Below are positions 28,255 through 42,756 of a stretch of DNA of 64,000 nucleotides, piece after piece. This DNA comes from the human T2T-CHM13v2.0 reference genome, Homo sapiens. The position numbers and the translations under genes are program-made. Each line of letters opens with the position of its first letter. The first letter of the stretch is position 1. The notes below the pieces were generated by a model. The model was not told the DNA's origin. It searched no databases and saw nothing but the letters and a program-made list of their open reading frames with translations. The DNA lies in NCBI RefSeq assembly GCF_009914755.1, contig NC_060927.1. One strand, given 5' to 3'.

Positions 28255-29850
28255 CTAAAAACCTGTACAGGAAATAATACATTTTGCGTTTGTTAGGAAC
28301 CACAATAGAGATTTATTAAATTTGAGTGATGTACCCAAAGTAACACAATCACCAAGTCAAGAAATAAACAGTAAAATAAGCATGTTTCCATTTATTGTCA
28401 TGCACTCTTCCTATTACACTGTGGTGCCTTTTATTCTTTTAAAGAATAAAAATATCAAAAATTATTTTGCAATAATTGCCCTAATGCAAATATTGCCCGT
28501 TGATAACATCATATGAGTTGCCAGTATAAAGAATATTTTACATTGACTGAAATTGAGTTAGGAACATTTCAAAGAGTAAATCGTTCTCTTCAAATCTGAA
28601 TCAAATGTCAAAGGTTCATGACTTTCCTTAACTTGTTTTTCAAATGAAGAACCTTAAAATGTTTGAGTTTGTGAGCATTTTGTAACATTTACTTAAATCT
28701 TATAGTTTATGCTTGTTTCAACTACAAAAAACAAATCAAAACAAACAACAAAAAAGAGTAGTAAGTATTTCACCATGGAAGAAATCATCGATAAAGCCTG
28801 GTGTGTGTGAAGGTGTGGTTTCACAGATTCAAATGTCATTGAAAAAAAACTTCAAAAGAGAAAATTCATTGAATTACATCGGGGAATTACATTCAGATAT
28901 TAGTCTTAATAACACATTTGGATTTTATTTGATAATAAAATGTGGATTTTAATGTCATTCATTTTTAAAGACATCTACTATTTCTCTAAGAACGTTATAG
29001 AATTAAAAAAAACTAGCATGACCACAAGTTAAGAATAAACTAAAATGTAAATAGATAAGCATACTAGCATTGAAATAAATAATCTTTAGTACAATGGTCT
29101 TTCAATTTTTTGTCATGTTATATTTCAGTCAGGAGAAAGCTTTTGAGACCATGGTCCCATAACTATGATTATTCATTAAATAACTTTTTCATGTATTTTT
29201 TTAATTGCAGTACTTGGGATACTATGAAACACACAGAGGTAGAAATAGGTAAGGTTTATTCAATATCCTCAGTTTGCACATATTCTTCCTTGGAGACTAC
29301 TACTCATGTATGACATACACAACAATATTAGATGATGAAAAGACATCTTATCATAGGGTATTTTGTAGCCCTAGGTTTGTAAATCATTCAACGGGACCTA
29401 GAACATTTTATTGTTGTTTTCAAGACACTGAAATCTATTTAAATGGGGTAAGAGAGGCTTTTTCGCCTATAGGTCTTTCTATGAAAAATTTCATTCCCAA
29501 ATAAATGAGTAGATGTTTTTCTAAATGTATTTTTTAGCTTCTGAGCTCATTTTAGCTATAACTAGCGATTACTCCTGCAGGTAAACATAAGAAGCAGTGA
29601 TATTCTGAGGCACAGTGCCATGGAATTCTGTCAACTCATCAAAGAATATTTGGGATAATCTTTAATGGGAAAAGTTAAAATATTTGATCATTCTCATTTT
29701 ATATGTGGAACAACTAAAGTCTGAGTAGGTTAACATCATTGGCCAAAAGTTGGTTTTATATAAAGATACATGACCACCTCAAAAATGGTGAAAGAAAAAT
29801 TATTAAGTGTCTCGGTCCCTCAGATTGGTGGATGCTCTCTTCCTCCTTAC

Positions 29851-29890
29851 CATAACAGAAAACCTGTCAAAATTGAAACATCATTGATGA
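29851..29890 (-). pseudogene. Exon relic, Ulp1-like 'ND.S..G.F.L' segment
   Basis: ttttttgcctttag| 40 nt |gtaagg; reads INDVSILTGFLL. Confidence 0.55.
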
Positions 29891-30010
29891 CTAAAGGCAA
29901 AAAACTCTTGATATATTGATCTCAGCCCAGGATCAATTGTAAGAATTGTATCAACTTAACTCTTACTATGGCATCCTGTGCTTAGAAGAAATATAAACTT
30001 CTCAGTAAAC

Positions 30011-30082
30011 TTTCTGTATTCATTTCAGAGACCACTTTGTATTGCTGTTTCTTGCTTAGTTATATTTCAACAGGGAGCATGA
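30011..30082 (-). pseudogene. Exon relic, Ulp1-like helix/W segment
   Basis: ctttcattttatgtag| 72 nt, phase 0; reads SCSLLKYN*ARNSNTKWSLK*IQK. Donor weak. Confidence 0.5.
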
Positions 30083-30191
30083 CTACATAAAATGAAAGTC
30101 AAAGTAAGGTTTGCTTTTCTAGCAAGTACACGTACTAGAAGATTGACTTGGGCTCATTTTGCTACTGCTGATGTTGCCTTTTCTAATTCAC

Positions 30192-30329
30192 TTTCCACAG
30201 TTCTGATGTCTGGAAAATACATGATTTACTCAGGATTTGTATGAAATGGAGGTAGAAACAGGAAGACACAGATAATAATATTGCCTGCCACCAACAGTTC
30301 ATGAAAATATCCTTTCAGTGGACAGTGAT
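30192..30329 (-). pseudogene. Exon relic, Ulp1-like 'IPIH...HW' strand segment
   Basis: gctaatgtag| 138 nt |gtgaat, phase 0-0; reads ITVH*KDIFMNCWWQAILLSVSSCFYLHFIQILSKSCIFQTSELWK. Confidence 0.5.
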
Positions 30330-30629
30330 CTACATTAGCATCAGAGACACATATAGAAATACATTTCAACATTGTCTTTGAAGCAAATATAGGGAATAAA
30401 AATTTCATGTTTTTAGACAAAGGGAGAATATAAACAAAAATTCCACAAAGTATTAATATTGTCAACAAGATGAATAATCCACTTGTCAATTAAAGGGACT
30501 TTGCATGGAAGATGCAAATATTTTAATCTTGAATTACTGTTTATTTTGTTCCTTTAGACCCACAGAGATTGGTTTGTGTATCTTCTTTCAAAATAGAGAC
30601 CCCAGTCTCCTTTGTGGTAAAATCTTTGA

Positions 30630-30845
30630 AATATATATATACATATATATGTGGATGTATTTGTGTTTATATGTGTATACATACATGATATATGTATTTG
30701 TATATGTATGTATACATATACATATATACAACCTTTGAAATAAATATCTTTGAAATAGAAATATATATATTTGTTTATATATGTATATATATGTATATAG
30801 ACATGTATACAAATACACACACATATATACATTTTATATATATAA
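30630..30845. repeat. (TA/TATG)-rich low-complexity tract
   Basis: Direct reading; source of the Y/I-rich ORFs. Confidence 0.85.
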
Positions 30846-31158
30846 TAACAAGAATATTTAGACTTTCATATAAAGGTTTCATAGAAGTCATGGAGTCAAA
30901 TGTACTTCAATTTAAAAATGAACTGGCTTTATTATAGATATTGACAAACAGCCTATGTTGAATGTTTATTTTATGAAAGTTTCAATGTGATATATAGGTT
31001 TATTTTACTGGAGGTATATTTAATTTAGAAAAATGTTTATGTGTACAGATATTCCTGATCTATCACTATAGCTATATTGATTAGAAATAATCTAATTTCT
31101 GGATTATTAAATTTAATTACTTACTATAAAATGAAGGCTATCAACAGGTAGTTGTCAC

Positions 31159-31311
31159 CCAACTAGATGTATTTGCAGTTCTTGCTAACTTCACATCTGG
31201 CATAAACTATTCTAAAAAATAAAATGACCCATTAAGTAGCAGCATGTCTTCTGAATACTCCAAGATCAAACTCATCTCAGTGATAATATTTCATTTGCTT
31301 TTGAGTACAGG
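31159..31311 (-). pseudogene. Exon relic, Ulp1-like 'II...LI......FN.FFY' segment
   Basis: 153 nt, phase 0-0, donor |gtgac, acceptor non-canonical (ttttcctaa|); reads PVLKSK*NIITEMSLILEYSEDMLLLNGSFYFLE*FMPDVKLARTANTSSW. Confidence 0.45.
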
Positions 31312-31393
31312 TTAGGAAAACGTTTCCACGTTAAACATTGTTAGTTTTAGCTTAAAAGTACAGAAACATTTCCAGGTAATAATACATGTTTAC

Positions 31394-31512
31394 CAAGCTG
31401 CACTGCCTCAAGGCTACACCACCTACACCATACAGAGCTGATCAAATGAAATCATCATTCTTTACAACAGGCCTGTCAAAAAATGTTCACTGGAATAGTA
31501 CTGTCAGGTTAC
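31394..31512 (-). pseudogene. Exon relic linking transposase core and protease-like domain
   Basis: actttatttcag| 119 nt |gtaaac; reads NLTVLFQ*TFFDRPVVKNDDFI*SALYGVGGVALRQCSL. Both stops are TGA. Compare recalled HMGXB3 VVIRDTLYRLG. Confidence 0.65.
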
Positions 31513-33361
31513 CTGAAATAAAGTATGCTGGAGTCCTTGCACACGGCATTCTAGATTTCTACTCTGTGGTCACCCTATGCCATCCTCCAAATTCCTGCCC
31601 CTGTGGAACTCACAAAAGCTAGGATCAAAGCAGACCCTGTCAGCTGATCAGTGATATCTCAACCTCACTCATTTGGTATAATGGAATGTAGGCTACATTT
31701 TTACACAAGAGTAACAAGCATTTAAGAATAAGCCTTTGCAATGGAAGAAATATTTCAATGCCACTTTGATGACTTAACTAAAGGACTCTGTGTTGCATTT
31801 TTATCTTAAACTTGAACCCACTCTTTCAATCTAAGGCAGGTATTCACATAATGATAAATGCAATTTTAATTACATGGAATAATTATTTTAAAAATCCAGG
31901 CATTCAATTTCCAAATATCTGTTTAGAAAAACAGTTACTATTGCGAAACTTGTTTTTCTTCTATAGCTTATATGGAAGGAACTAGAATTATATAATTCTG
32001 GGTTTATAGCTTGCTTTTCACTCCTTTCTTTGCTTTACATTTTTTCTTAATTCATTTTTTGTCCTTTTTGCTTTCCTGCAAATTATACTTCTAATTTGCT
32101 CATGAAAATTTTCCCATTGAATTAATAATATATCTATTAAAAATAAAAAATCTCATATAAATCAGATTGTCAAGAGTTTTAGATGTGTTCTGCTGACACA
32201 GTCCTATATCCTTTCTTTGCTAGACTACTTTTTAGTTGGAAAGATATGTTGGCCAATAAAGTCATTTGAAATGCAGTATTGTATCTTAAATTTTTATTTT
32301 ATCTAAAATTCTATGAAAATAAAAGGTATTTAAATAAGACAAACAAGTGAAAAATGAATTATTTTCCTTCTAGGTAAGAATAGATAAGCATATGTTTTAA
32401 CTGTTAGCTATTTAAAATATATATGCCAAATCAGAAGCAGGTTCCATATAGAGTTTTCCACCTACTAGGCAGTCTATTTTGTAGGGTGGTCAGCGTATGT
32501 GGTAAATCACAAGTCATAAATGTGAAAATACCACTTATTCTCACTGTATGAAGTGTTCAAGCTAAAACTGTTCTAAAATGCCATATTTCTACACTGTTGT
32601 TGATTCAGTAACACTCAAAAGCCTAGTAGTTTTTTAAATGTGAGAAGAGAATCTTAATACCCATCTTGAATGCAAAAGCCTATAAACTGAAATTAAATGA
32701 TTCGATAAATAAATTATTGAAGAAATCTACTAAGAGAACACATTGAGGATTCATGCATCTTTAAGAATATAAAAATACTGAACTACAGGGACATTGTTAT
32801 ATAAAACAGTTTATATAACAATTTATAATCCAATTGTTATTATTATGTGAGTTTTGCTAACTCTGGAGATTCTCTACTCTTCAGCAAGCAATTAGCTATG
32901 TTATGAAATGTGATTGTGGTTAGTAACTGACATCTTTCCCTGGTCCCACACATAACCATGTTAAAATTTCCTAAGTCTTACATTTAGGGGAACATTGCAA
33001 GAGAAAATTTGCATTATGTTGATCTCATCTTAGATATTTGATTTACTTATAGTGCATCAAATAAAATTTGACCTAGGAAAATATACACCAATATACACAG
33101 TAGGTATCATGTACTTTTAGAAAACCATAAAAAATATTGTCAAGAGTTCTCATTCACTTTATCGGGGCAAGCGTGAGGTTCTAATTTCTTATTTGTTTTC
33201 AACTCATTTTTAATTGTCAGTTACTAGGTCCTGTATGGATATCTCAGTGTTTCTCAGTTTGATGCAATGTGCAGCTTTTCCCTTCTGAACTCATATGTGG
33301 AGGCTAATGTAGACTTGCCTAGGCAAATATTTGGTGCTTTGAGCCACCCTTTAAATAAATA

Positions 33362-35770
<2,409 letters not shown>

Positions 35771-37544
35771 TAGAAGCTTCTTTAAAGCCTCTCAAAATCA
35801 ATGGTAATGAATCACAGTTTAAAAATATATTTCTTGCTAATCTCTTGATATTACTCCTAATGACAAATACAAATCACAAATTCTTAATTTCCAGACAAAA
35901 TAGGTAAGTAATGGGATTTTTTGGTTCAGGCTAGCTCTGTTGTTCTTCTTCCCCCCCTTTCAGGCTCTATGATTCTAATTATTCTCAGTTTGATTGAGAG
36001 GTGTGTTTTCTCCTTATTGCTCAAATAAAATTCTCATCATTGTAAATGAAATTCGTTCAAGTTTAAATTAGGTAACAGATTCAAATAATAGTTATATTAT
36101 GAGGTAGAGTAGTTTCATTATTTACTTCCCCCAACACCCCCAGGATAGGAGAAGATATATACAAAAAAGTTAGAACACTAAAATAAACTTGTGAAGCCTC
36201 TTATTCATAAATTTGCAAAGACTAGATCTATTATTAAGAATGTATAGTTTTCTGAGCTTATTTATATAGTGTCAGAGGTGATAATGTTGGATAATATTGT
36301 AAATATTAACTCACCTGGTAGAATACATTTTTGTTCAAAACAAAAAATCTTATTAGAAAATAGATTATATGGCCTTTTAATATACCCTTTGCTTTTGAAC
36401 ATACTTTCCTTTTAGTTGTAGCATTACCAGAGTTCTTATTAAATGCAAAATAAAATCACTAAAGCTATACTTTGGTGATAAAGTTTAAACTTAATTTTAA
36501 GTAGTCTATATGTGTTTATTATTGAATAATTCTATGCATCTGCCAATCTGTCATGTGGTCTATGTGATACATTTATGATCACGTTATAAAGATCAAAGAG
36601 CATACAAAAAGAACATTTGTACTTGGCATGGTGCTGATTATAGGAATTTATATTAGTATTGAAAATTGGTAAGTTCAAGATGGGTAAAGAGACTGGAGAA
36701 ATCTTCATAGATGAATTAAACCCTACTGTCATAAAAATAGGAAACACTTGCTAAATATTTATTAACATAAAATTAGGCACACTCTTGTTAAATCTCTGAC
36801 CTAGATCATTGCAGGAACTTTAAAATGATCTCCCTGACCATTTTTACCTCCTGTTCATCCGCTGCACTACTGATACTAGAGACCAAAATTGACGAGGCCA
36901 TTTCCAGTTTTAAGTACTCTTGTTTTCTGTCTGCAGAATATAAAATAGAATCCAATGTCTTCAGTGAAAATTATAAAGAACATTTACGTCTTACCCCTGG
37001 CTAAATTTTAGTTCTATTTACTTGCAATTCCTGACTATCAAGACTATTTCACATAGCAGCAGCTCAGATAGCATCTCCACTGAAAAATATTGGTTGGTTC
37101 CACAAGCTTGAATCTACTACTCTCTTCAGTGTTTCTAAACTTTTGGGTAAGACCAATATTATATAACCTAATTTATTATATTCTAATATATGCACATATG
37201 TATATGTCTTCTTGATTTCATTGTCTTCTTGATTTCAAGGAGCAGCAGTGGTACCATGAGGCTGAGAAGATATTTGCCTTTCTTTGACTCCAGGATTAGT
37301 TCTCCTTTGCTAACATCTTAATATCTTCTGGTAATGGCCCTGTGGGTGGGAAGAAGAGGCTCTTCAAACCTGGGTCTTGTTGAGGCTGAGAGAAATAAAG
37401 ATAGATATATAAGAAAAAGGAAAGTACTATACCTTCATATTGTTTACTTTCAATTTTGCTTATCCTCATATCCAATATGTAGATTTTGGAAAGCTGTGAC
37501 AAGTAATCTATTTTTAAAACTCATAAAATAGATAATTTATTCAC

Positions 37545-37625
37545 AAATTTGCTGTTTTAAAATATCAATTGAGTATAATGCTCTGTTACTATTTTATTTT
37601 AAAGACTTTCAAATAGCCCTCAAAT
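37545..37625 (-). pseudogene. Exon relic, end of KDZ core
   Basis: ctttgctttgaag| 81 nt |gtgaat; reads I*GLFESL*NKIVTEHYTQLIF. Compare recalled HMGXB3 LMDFLTSREIVNRQIHDIV. Confidence 0.55.
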
Positions 37626-37749
37626 CTTCAAAGCAAAGTTAATGATTAATATAAAGTTGGAACATAAGATTTTAAAGATAAAAAATTTGTTAAAAAAAAA
37701 CTCCTTGTATGAGATTTCCCAATAAAGAATTGAAAGTATAAAGCCTGAC

Positions 37750-37979
37750 CTTAAAACTTGGGAAGGTCTATTTTCTATTATCAAGATCTATGTAACTAAT
37801 TCTTCTTCCAGAAATAAAACAGGGAACAGCCAACTAAAAATCAATTCACCACGTCTGAAGCTGCCAGATCCAGAATGAGCAAGAGCAGACATAATATGAT
37901 TATGAGGACTCAGAGCATTCAGGACATACAACTGAATCCCACATAAATTGCCAGCCAAAGGGAGATGTTGCTGGATGAC
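37750..37979 (-). pseudogene. Exon relic, KDZ core 'HPxT' segment
   Basis: ccctgttagcag| 230 nt |gtcagg; reads HPATSPFGWQFMWD...[fs]LLLILDLAASDVVN*...[fs]RRISYIDLDNRK*TFPSFK. Compare HMGXB3 HPVT...LALCPELAP...RQRPIAFDNATHYYLYNR. Confidence 0.65.
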
Positions 37980-38100
37980 CTGCTAACAGGGATTTAGAGC
38001 GATCAAGCTTTTCGATCTATGTTTCCATGGTGAGGTAGATAACATGTTCAAAAATTAGGCTTTTATGGTCACAAATTCTGCCAAAACTTTAGCTCATTAC

Positions 38101-38186
38101 CTCTAAACAAGTGTTCAATAATTGCAAGATTAATATTGTTGAGCATTTAGTGTATTAAAGCATTTGCTACTGTTATGAAGATTTTC
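38101..38186 (-). pseudogene. Exon relic
   Basis: gtcttttttcag| 86 nt |gtaatg; reads ENLHNSSKCFNTLNAQ[fs]NINLAIIEHLFR. Compare HMGXB3 YTVDMTETEHSIQ. Confidence 0.6.
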
Positions 38187-38295
38187 CTGAAAAAAGACCC
38201 ACTTGAAATCATCTCTATTTTATTGTAGATAAAAGTGAGACATGAAAAGAAATGCTTTTTATAACACGATGCAGTGTATTAGTGTAAGAAAGTAC

Positions 38296-38342
38296 CTGAA
38301 TGATTAATTTAATACTACTTGTGGTGGCACTCAATAATAAAC
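38296..38342 (-). pseudogene. Exon relic
   Basis: ttctcttgtcttgattttgttag| 47 nt |gtactt, phase 1-0, open; reads (G)LLLSATTSSIKLIIQ. Confidence 0.6.
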
Positions 38343-38479
38343 CTAACAAAATCAAGACAAGAGAATTGACAGAGTTCTTCCTTGACTTATGAATGTCTAT
38401 ACATAGACTTTTACGTGTGTAGATATGAAATCACATTTAGAGTGCATACACACGTATACACATTTATTACGTATCTACT

Positions 38480-38747
38480 CAGAAATACTTTATTGTAGAA
38501 AAATATTCTATTAAATCAGGAAAAGAAGCATTATTATTTACACATGGATAACAGAGGTAACATGCATTTCCATATCTATACAGCAGGTATAAGGTGGAGC
38601 ATATGTTTTTAAGAATTCAACGTCTCCACAACAGAGACAGGAGCAAAACAGGACCATTGTCCCAGCAGCCCCACATACAATGCCAACAGGACAGAAAACT
38701 TTCCTTATACCAGACATCATAATCTCTTTATGGACTTGAATGTTGAA
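38480..38747 (-). pseudogene. Exon relic, KDZ core 'GG....CPxGxV' and second acidic residue
   Basis: ttatttaaccag| start; reads SGIRKVFCPVGIVCG[+1]LLGQWSCFAPVSVVETLNS*KH[+2]APPYTCCIDM...[fs]ASFPDL. Compare HMGXB3 GGKIYKVCPHQVVCGSKYLVRGESARDHVDLLASSRHWPPVYVVDM...YPEL. Donor position uncertain. Confidence 0.8.
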
Positions 38748-39625
38748 CTGGTTAAATAATTGTCCAAAATGATTTTTTTGAATAATGAAAGTGAATAAGG
38801 TATTAGCTGGCAATTTTTTCAGGCATGCAAATGGTGGCTAAAATTTATTAATATACTATTAAAACAGAACATTATTATCCTGTTGATATTTAACTATTTT
38901 CATAACCTGTATTCCTGTGCCTTTATATATATATGTGAGTCTATATATATTCATTTTAATAGGCAATGCTACTTTTAAACATAAAAAAATGCCAGCCACT
39001 TTTTTTATCCCAAAGATGACTTTGCCATGTCAGTGTACTGCTTCAGCTTTGTCTCATGTTTCCTGTGCTAAATAGCTAGAAAGATTGTATCTGTCTCTGT
39101 TTTTTAGAAGAAAAAAAACCATTTTTTTCTCCATGATTGAGTCCAATGAGAAAAATGCCCCTTGGTTTTGCAGATACCACTAAACACTGTGGCATTCCCG
39201 CGAATCACTCTTATATATCTTCCTTTAGGTAGCCACCTGGCATTGTGCTGTTAAGTCACTTAAACTCACTGTGAAACAGGATACAATTTCACTCACAATA
39301 TTTCCAAACCATGTAATAATGAAATATGTTAATAATAGGGCTGTTCTGAGTCACCATTCATGATTTCTTAACTTTCAGGTTGGTATTAGCAAAAGGTACA
39401 ATTACGTCTAGAAAAGTATCATCTTGATTTATTGCTACATCATCTTCAAAATGACAGTATTGTGATTTGGAAGAATATCCTAACTAGCAGGGAAGAAAGT
39501 GGAACAACATAATCCATGACACTGAACAATTCTCATATTTGTTGTCAGAGTCATAATTATTTGTTGCTTTGCTTTTGAATTTTTGTTTATGAATCCCTTG
39601 CTAGATGAATAGTTTGCAAATACTT

Positions 39626-39834
39626 TCTCCTTGTCTGTGGTTCGTCTCTTCACTTTGTTGATTATTTTCTTTGCTGTACAGAAGGTTTTAGATTAATATT
39701 ATCCCATCTATTTTTCCTTTTGTTGCCTGTCTCCTTGTCTGTGTTTCGTCTCTTCACTTCCTTGATTATTTTCTTTGCTATACAGAAGGTTTTAGATTAA
39801 TATTATCCCATCTATTTCTTTCTTTTGTTGCCTG
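39626..39834. repeat. Tandem duplication, 2 x ~104 bp, inside L1
   Basis: Units 39626-39729 and 39730-39834 both read TCTCCTTGTCTGTG...TTTTGTTGCCTG with a few mismatches. Confidence 0.9.
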
Positions 39835-42213
39835 TGGTTCTGAGGTCTTATCAAAAAACAAAAACAAAAACGAAAACAAACAAACAAATAAAAAAATGTA
39901 GACCAATGTCTTATAGCATTTTCCAATGTTTTTATTTTCTAGTAGTTTCATAATCTTGGGTCCTACATTTAAGCCTTTACTCCATTTTGAGTTGATTTTT
40001 GTGTATGATGACAAGTAGGGAGGTCTGATTTCAGTCTTCTGCATATAGATATCCAGTGTTACCAGTACCATTTATTAAAGAGACTGCTTTTTCTCCAATG
40101 TATGTTCTTGGTGACTTTGTTGAAAATGGGTTGACTGGAAGTACGTAGATCTTTTTTGGGGTTCTCCATCCTGTTTTATTAGTATATTATCTGTTTTGAA
40201 GCCAGTACCATGCTGTTTTAGTTACTATAACTTTGTAGTATAATTTGAAATCAGATAGTGTGATGCCCCTAACTTTGCTGGTTTTGCTCAGGATTGCTTA
40301 GCTATTAGGGTGTTTTCTGACTTTAGATACATTTTAGGATATTTTTTCTATTTCTGTGAAGAGTTTCATTCGTATTTTAATAGTTATTGCATTGAATCTG
40401 TAGAGATCTTTGGGTAGTATCAGTGTTCAAACAATATTAATTTTTCCAATCCATGAGAATGCAATATCTTTTCTTTTTTTGTCCTCTTAGATTTTTTTCA
40501 TCAGTGTTTTACAATTTTTTATATACAGATCATTTATTTCTTTGGTTAAATTTATTTCTAGGTATTTTTTGTAGCTATTATAAATTAAATTGATTTTTTC
40601 ATTTATTCTTCAGATTGATGACTGTTAGTGTATAAAAATGCTACTGAATTTCATATGTTAATTTTGTACTCTGCAATGTTATGAAGCTCATTTATTATAA
40701 GTTTCTGGTGGAGTCTTTAGTTTCTTTAAAATATAAGATGAAGTTATCTGTAAAGATAATTTGAATCGTTCCCTTTGAATTTGGATGTTCTTAAATGTTT
40801 TCTATTGCCTAATTTGTCTGGCCAGAAATTTCAACACTATGTTGAAAAAAAGCTGTGAAATTGGACATGTATGTCTCACTCCAGATCTTAGTGGAAAAGC
40901 TTTCAGTATTTTCCACTCAATAGAATATTTGCTGTGAGCTTGTCATATATGGCCTATATCATGTTGAGGTACACCATTTCTACGCTAAGTTCGTTGAAGG
41001 TTTTTATCTTAAAGAAACGTTGATTTTTATCAAATGCTAGTTTAGCATCTATTGAAGTAATTATATGGTTTTTGTTTTTAACTCTGTGAATGTGACATAT
41101 TATGTTCATTGATTTGCATATGTTGAAGCATCCTTGCATCCCTTAGACGGATCCCACTTGATCACAGTGAGTGATCTTTTGAATGCATTGTTGAATTTGG
41201 TTTGCTAGTGTTTTGTTGAGTACTTTCACAACTATGTTTATTTTGTAGAGTTCTTTCACAACTGCGTTTTTTTATTGTTGTTGTGCCTTTATCTTGATTT
41301 GGTATCAGGGTAATGATTCACAGAATGAGTTGGGAAGTATTTCCTCCTCTTCAATTTTTTGAAATAGTTTGAATATAACTGACATTAGATCTTCTTTAAA
41401 TGTTTGTTAGAATTCATTAGTGAATCAATCACATCCTAAACTTTTCTTTGATAGAAGAATTTTTCTTAGTTTTTCAATCCTGTTACTTGTTATTGGTCTT
41501 TTCAGGTCTTCTATTTATTTATTGCTCAATCTCTATAGGTTGTTTGTGTTCAGGAATGTATCCATATCTTCTCGGTTTTCAAAATGGTGGGCATATAGTT
41601 GCTCATAATAAAAGCTAACAATCTTTTGTATTTGTGTGTTAATTATAATGTGTGCTTTTTCATCTCTGATTTTTTTGTGTCTTTTCTTCTTAGTCTAGCT
41701 AAAGGTATGCCCATTTTTATTTTTTTTCTTAAACTATCTTTTGTTTTATTATCTTTCTTATTTATTTAATCTTAATTGTATTTACTTATGCTCTAATATT
41801 CATAATTTATTTCCATATATTAATTTTGGGGTTGGTTTGTTCTCGCATTTCTAGTTTCTTGTGGTGCAATGTTAGGCTGTTTCTTTGGAGGCTTTCTTTT
41901 TCTTTTTTGATGTAGCATACAATGCTATAATTTTTTTAGTACCTCTTTTTCTATATCCCCTAGGTTTTACTATGTTTTGTTTTCATTTTCATTTGTTTCA
42001 ATCATTTTTTTAAATTTACTTCTTAATTTATTCATTGACCCATTGGTTGTTCAGAAGCATGTTGTTTAATTTTCATGTATTTCTATAGTTTCACAAGTTT
42101 CTCTTGTTATTAATTTCTAGTTTTATTCTAATACAGTCAGAAAAAATGTTTGATATACTTTTGATTTATTTAATTTGTTGAGACTTATTTTGTATCTAAC
42201 ATATGGTCTATCC

Positions 42214-42756
42214 CAGGGTTCCCCACCCGCAGTTGGTACGGGTACCTGAGACTGGTACTGGTCCGTGACCTGTTAGGAACTGGGTCGTACAACAGGAGGT
42301 GAGCAATGGGTGAGTAAGCGAATCTTTATCTGTATTTACAGCTGCTCCCCATTGCTCACATTACTGCCTAAGCTCCATCTCCTGTCAGATCAGAGGCAGT
42401 ATTAGATTCTCATAGGAGCACAAACCCTATTGTGAAATGTGCATGCAAAGAATCTAGCTTGAGTGCTCCTTGTGAGAATCTAATGCCTGATGATCTGTCA
42501 CTCCCTTCCACCAACCCCAGATGGGACCATCTAGTTGCAGAAAAACAAGCTCAGAGCTCCAGTTGATTCTACAATATGGTGAGTTGTATAATCATTTCAT
42601 TATATATTAAAATGTAATAATAATAGAAATAAAGTACACAATAAATGTAATGCTCTTGAATCATCCTGAAACCATCTCACCCCCAACCTTTGGGTCTGTG
42701 GAAAAATTGTCTTCCACAGAACCAGTCCCTGGTGCCAAAACATTTGGGTACAGCTG
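42214..42756 (+). mobile_element. MER1A (hAT-Charlie) nested in L1
   Basis: CAGGGTTCCCCA...CAGCTG termini, 8-bp TSD GTCTATCC/CTCTATCC, internal ATCTGTATTTACAGC and AGAATCTAATGCCTGATGATCTG. Confidence 0.9.

Noticed and set aside
29211-29248. Plus-strand 38-nt micro-exon candidate (ttgcag|...AG|gtaagg)
   Set aside because: Good splice signals but no partner exons or homology; could be chance or a lncRNA exon.
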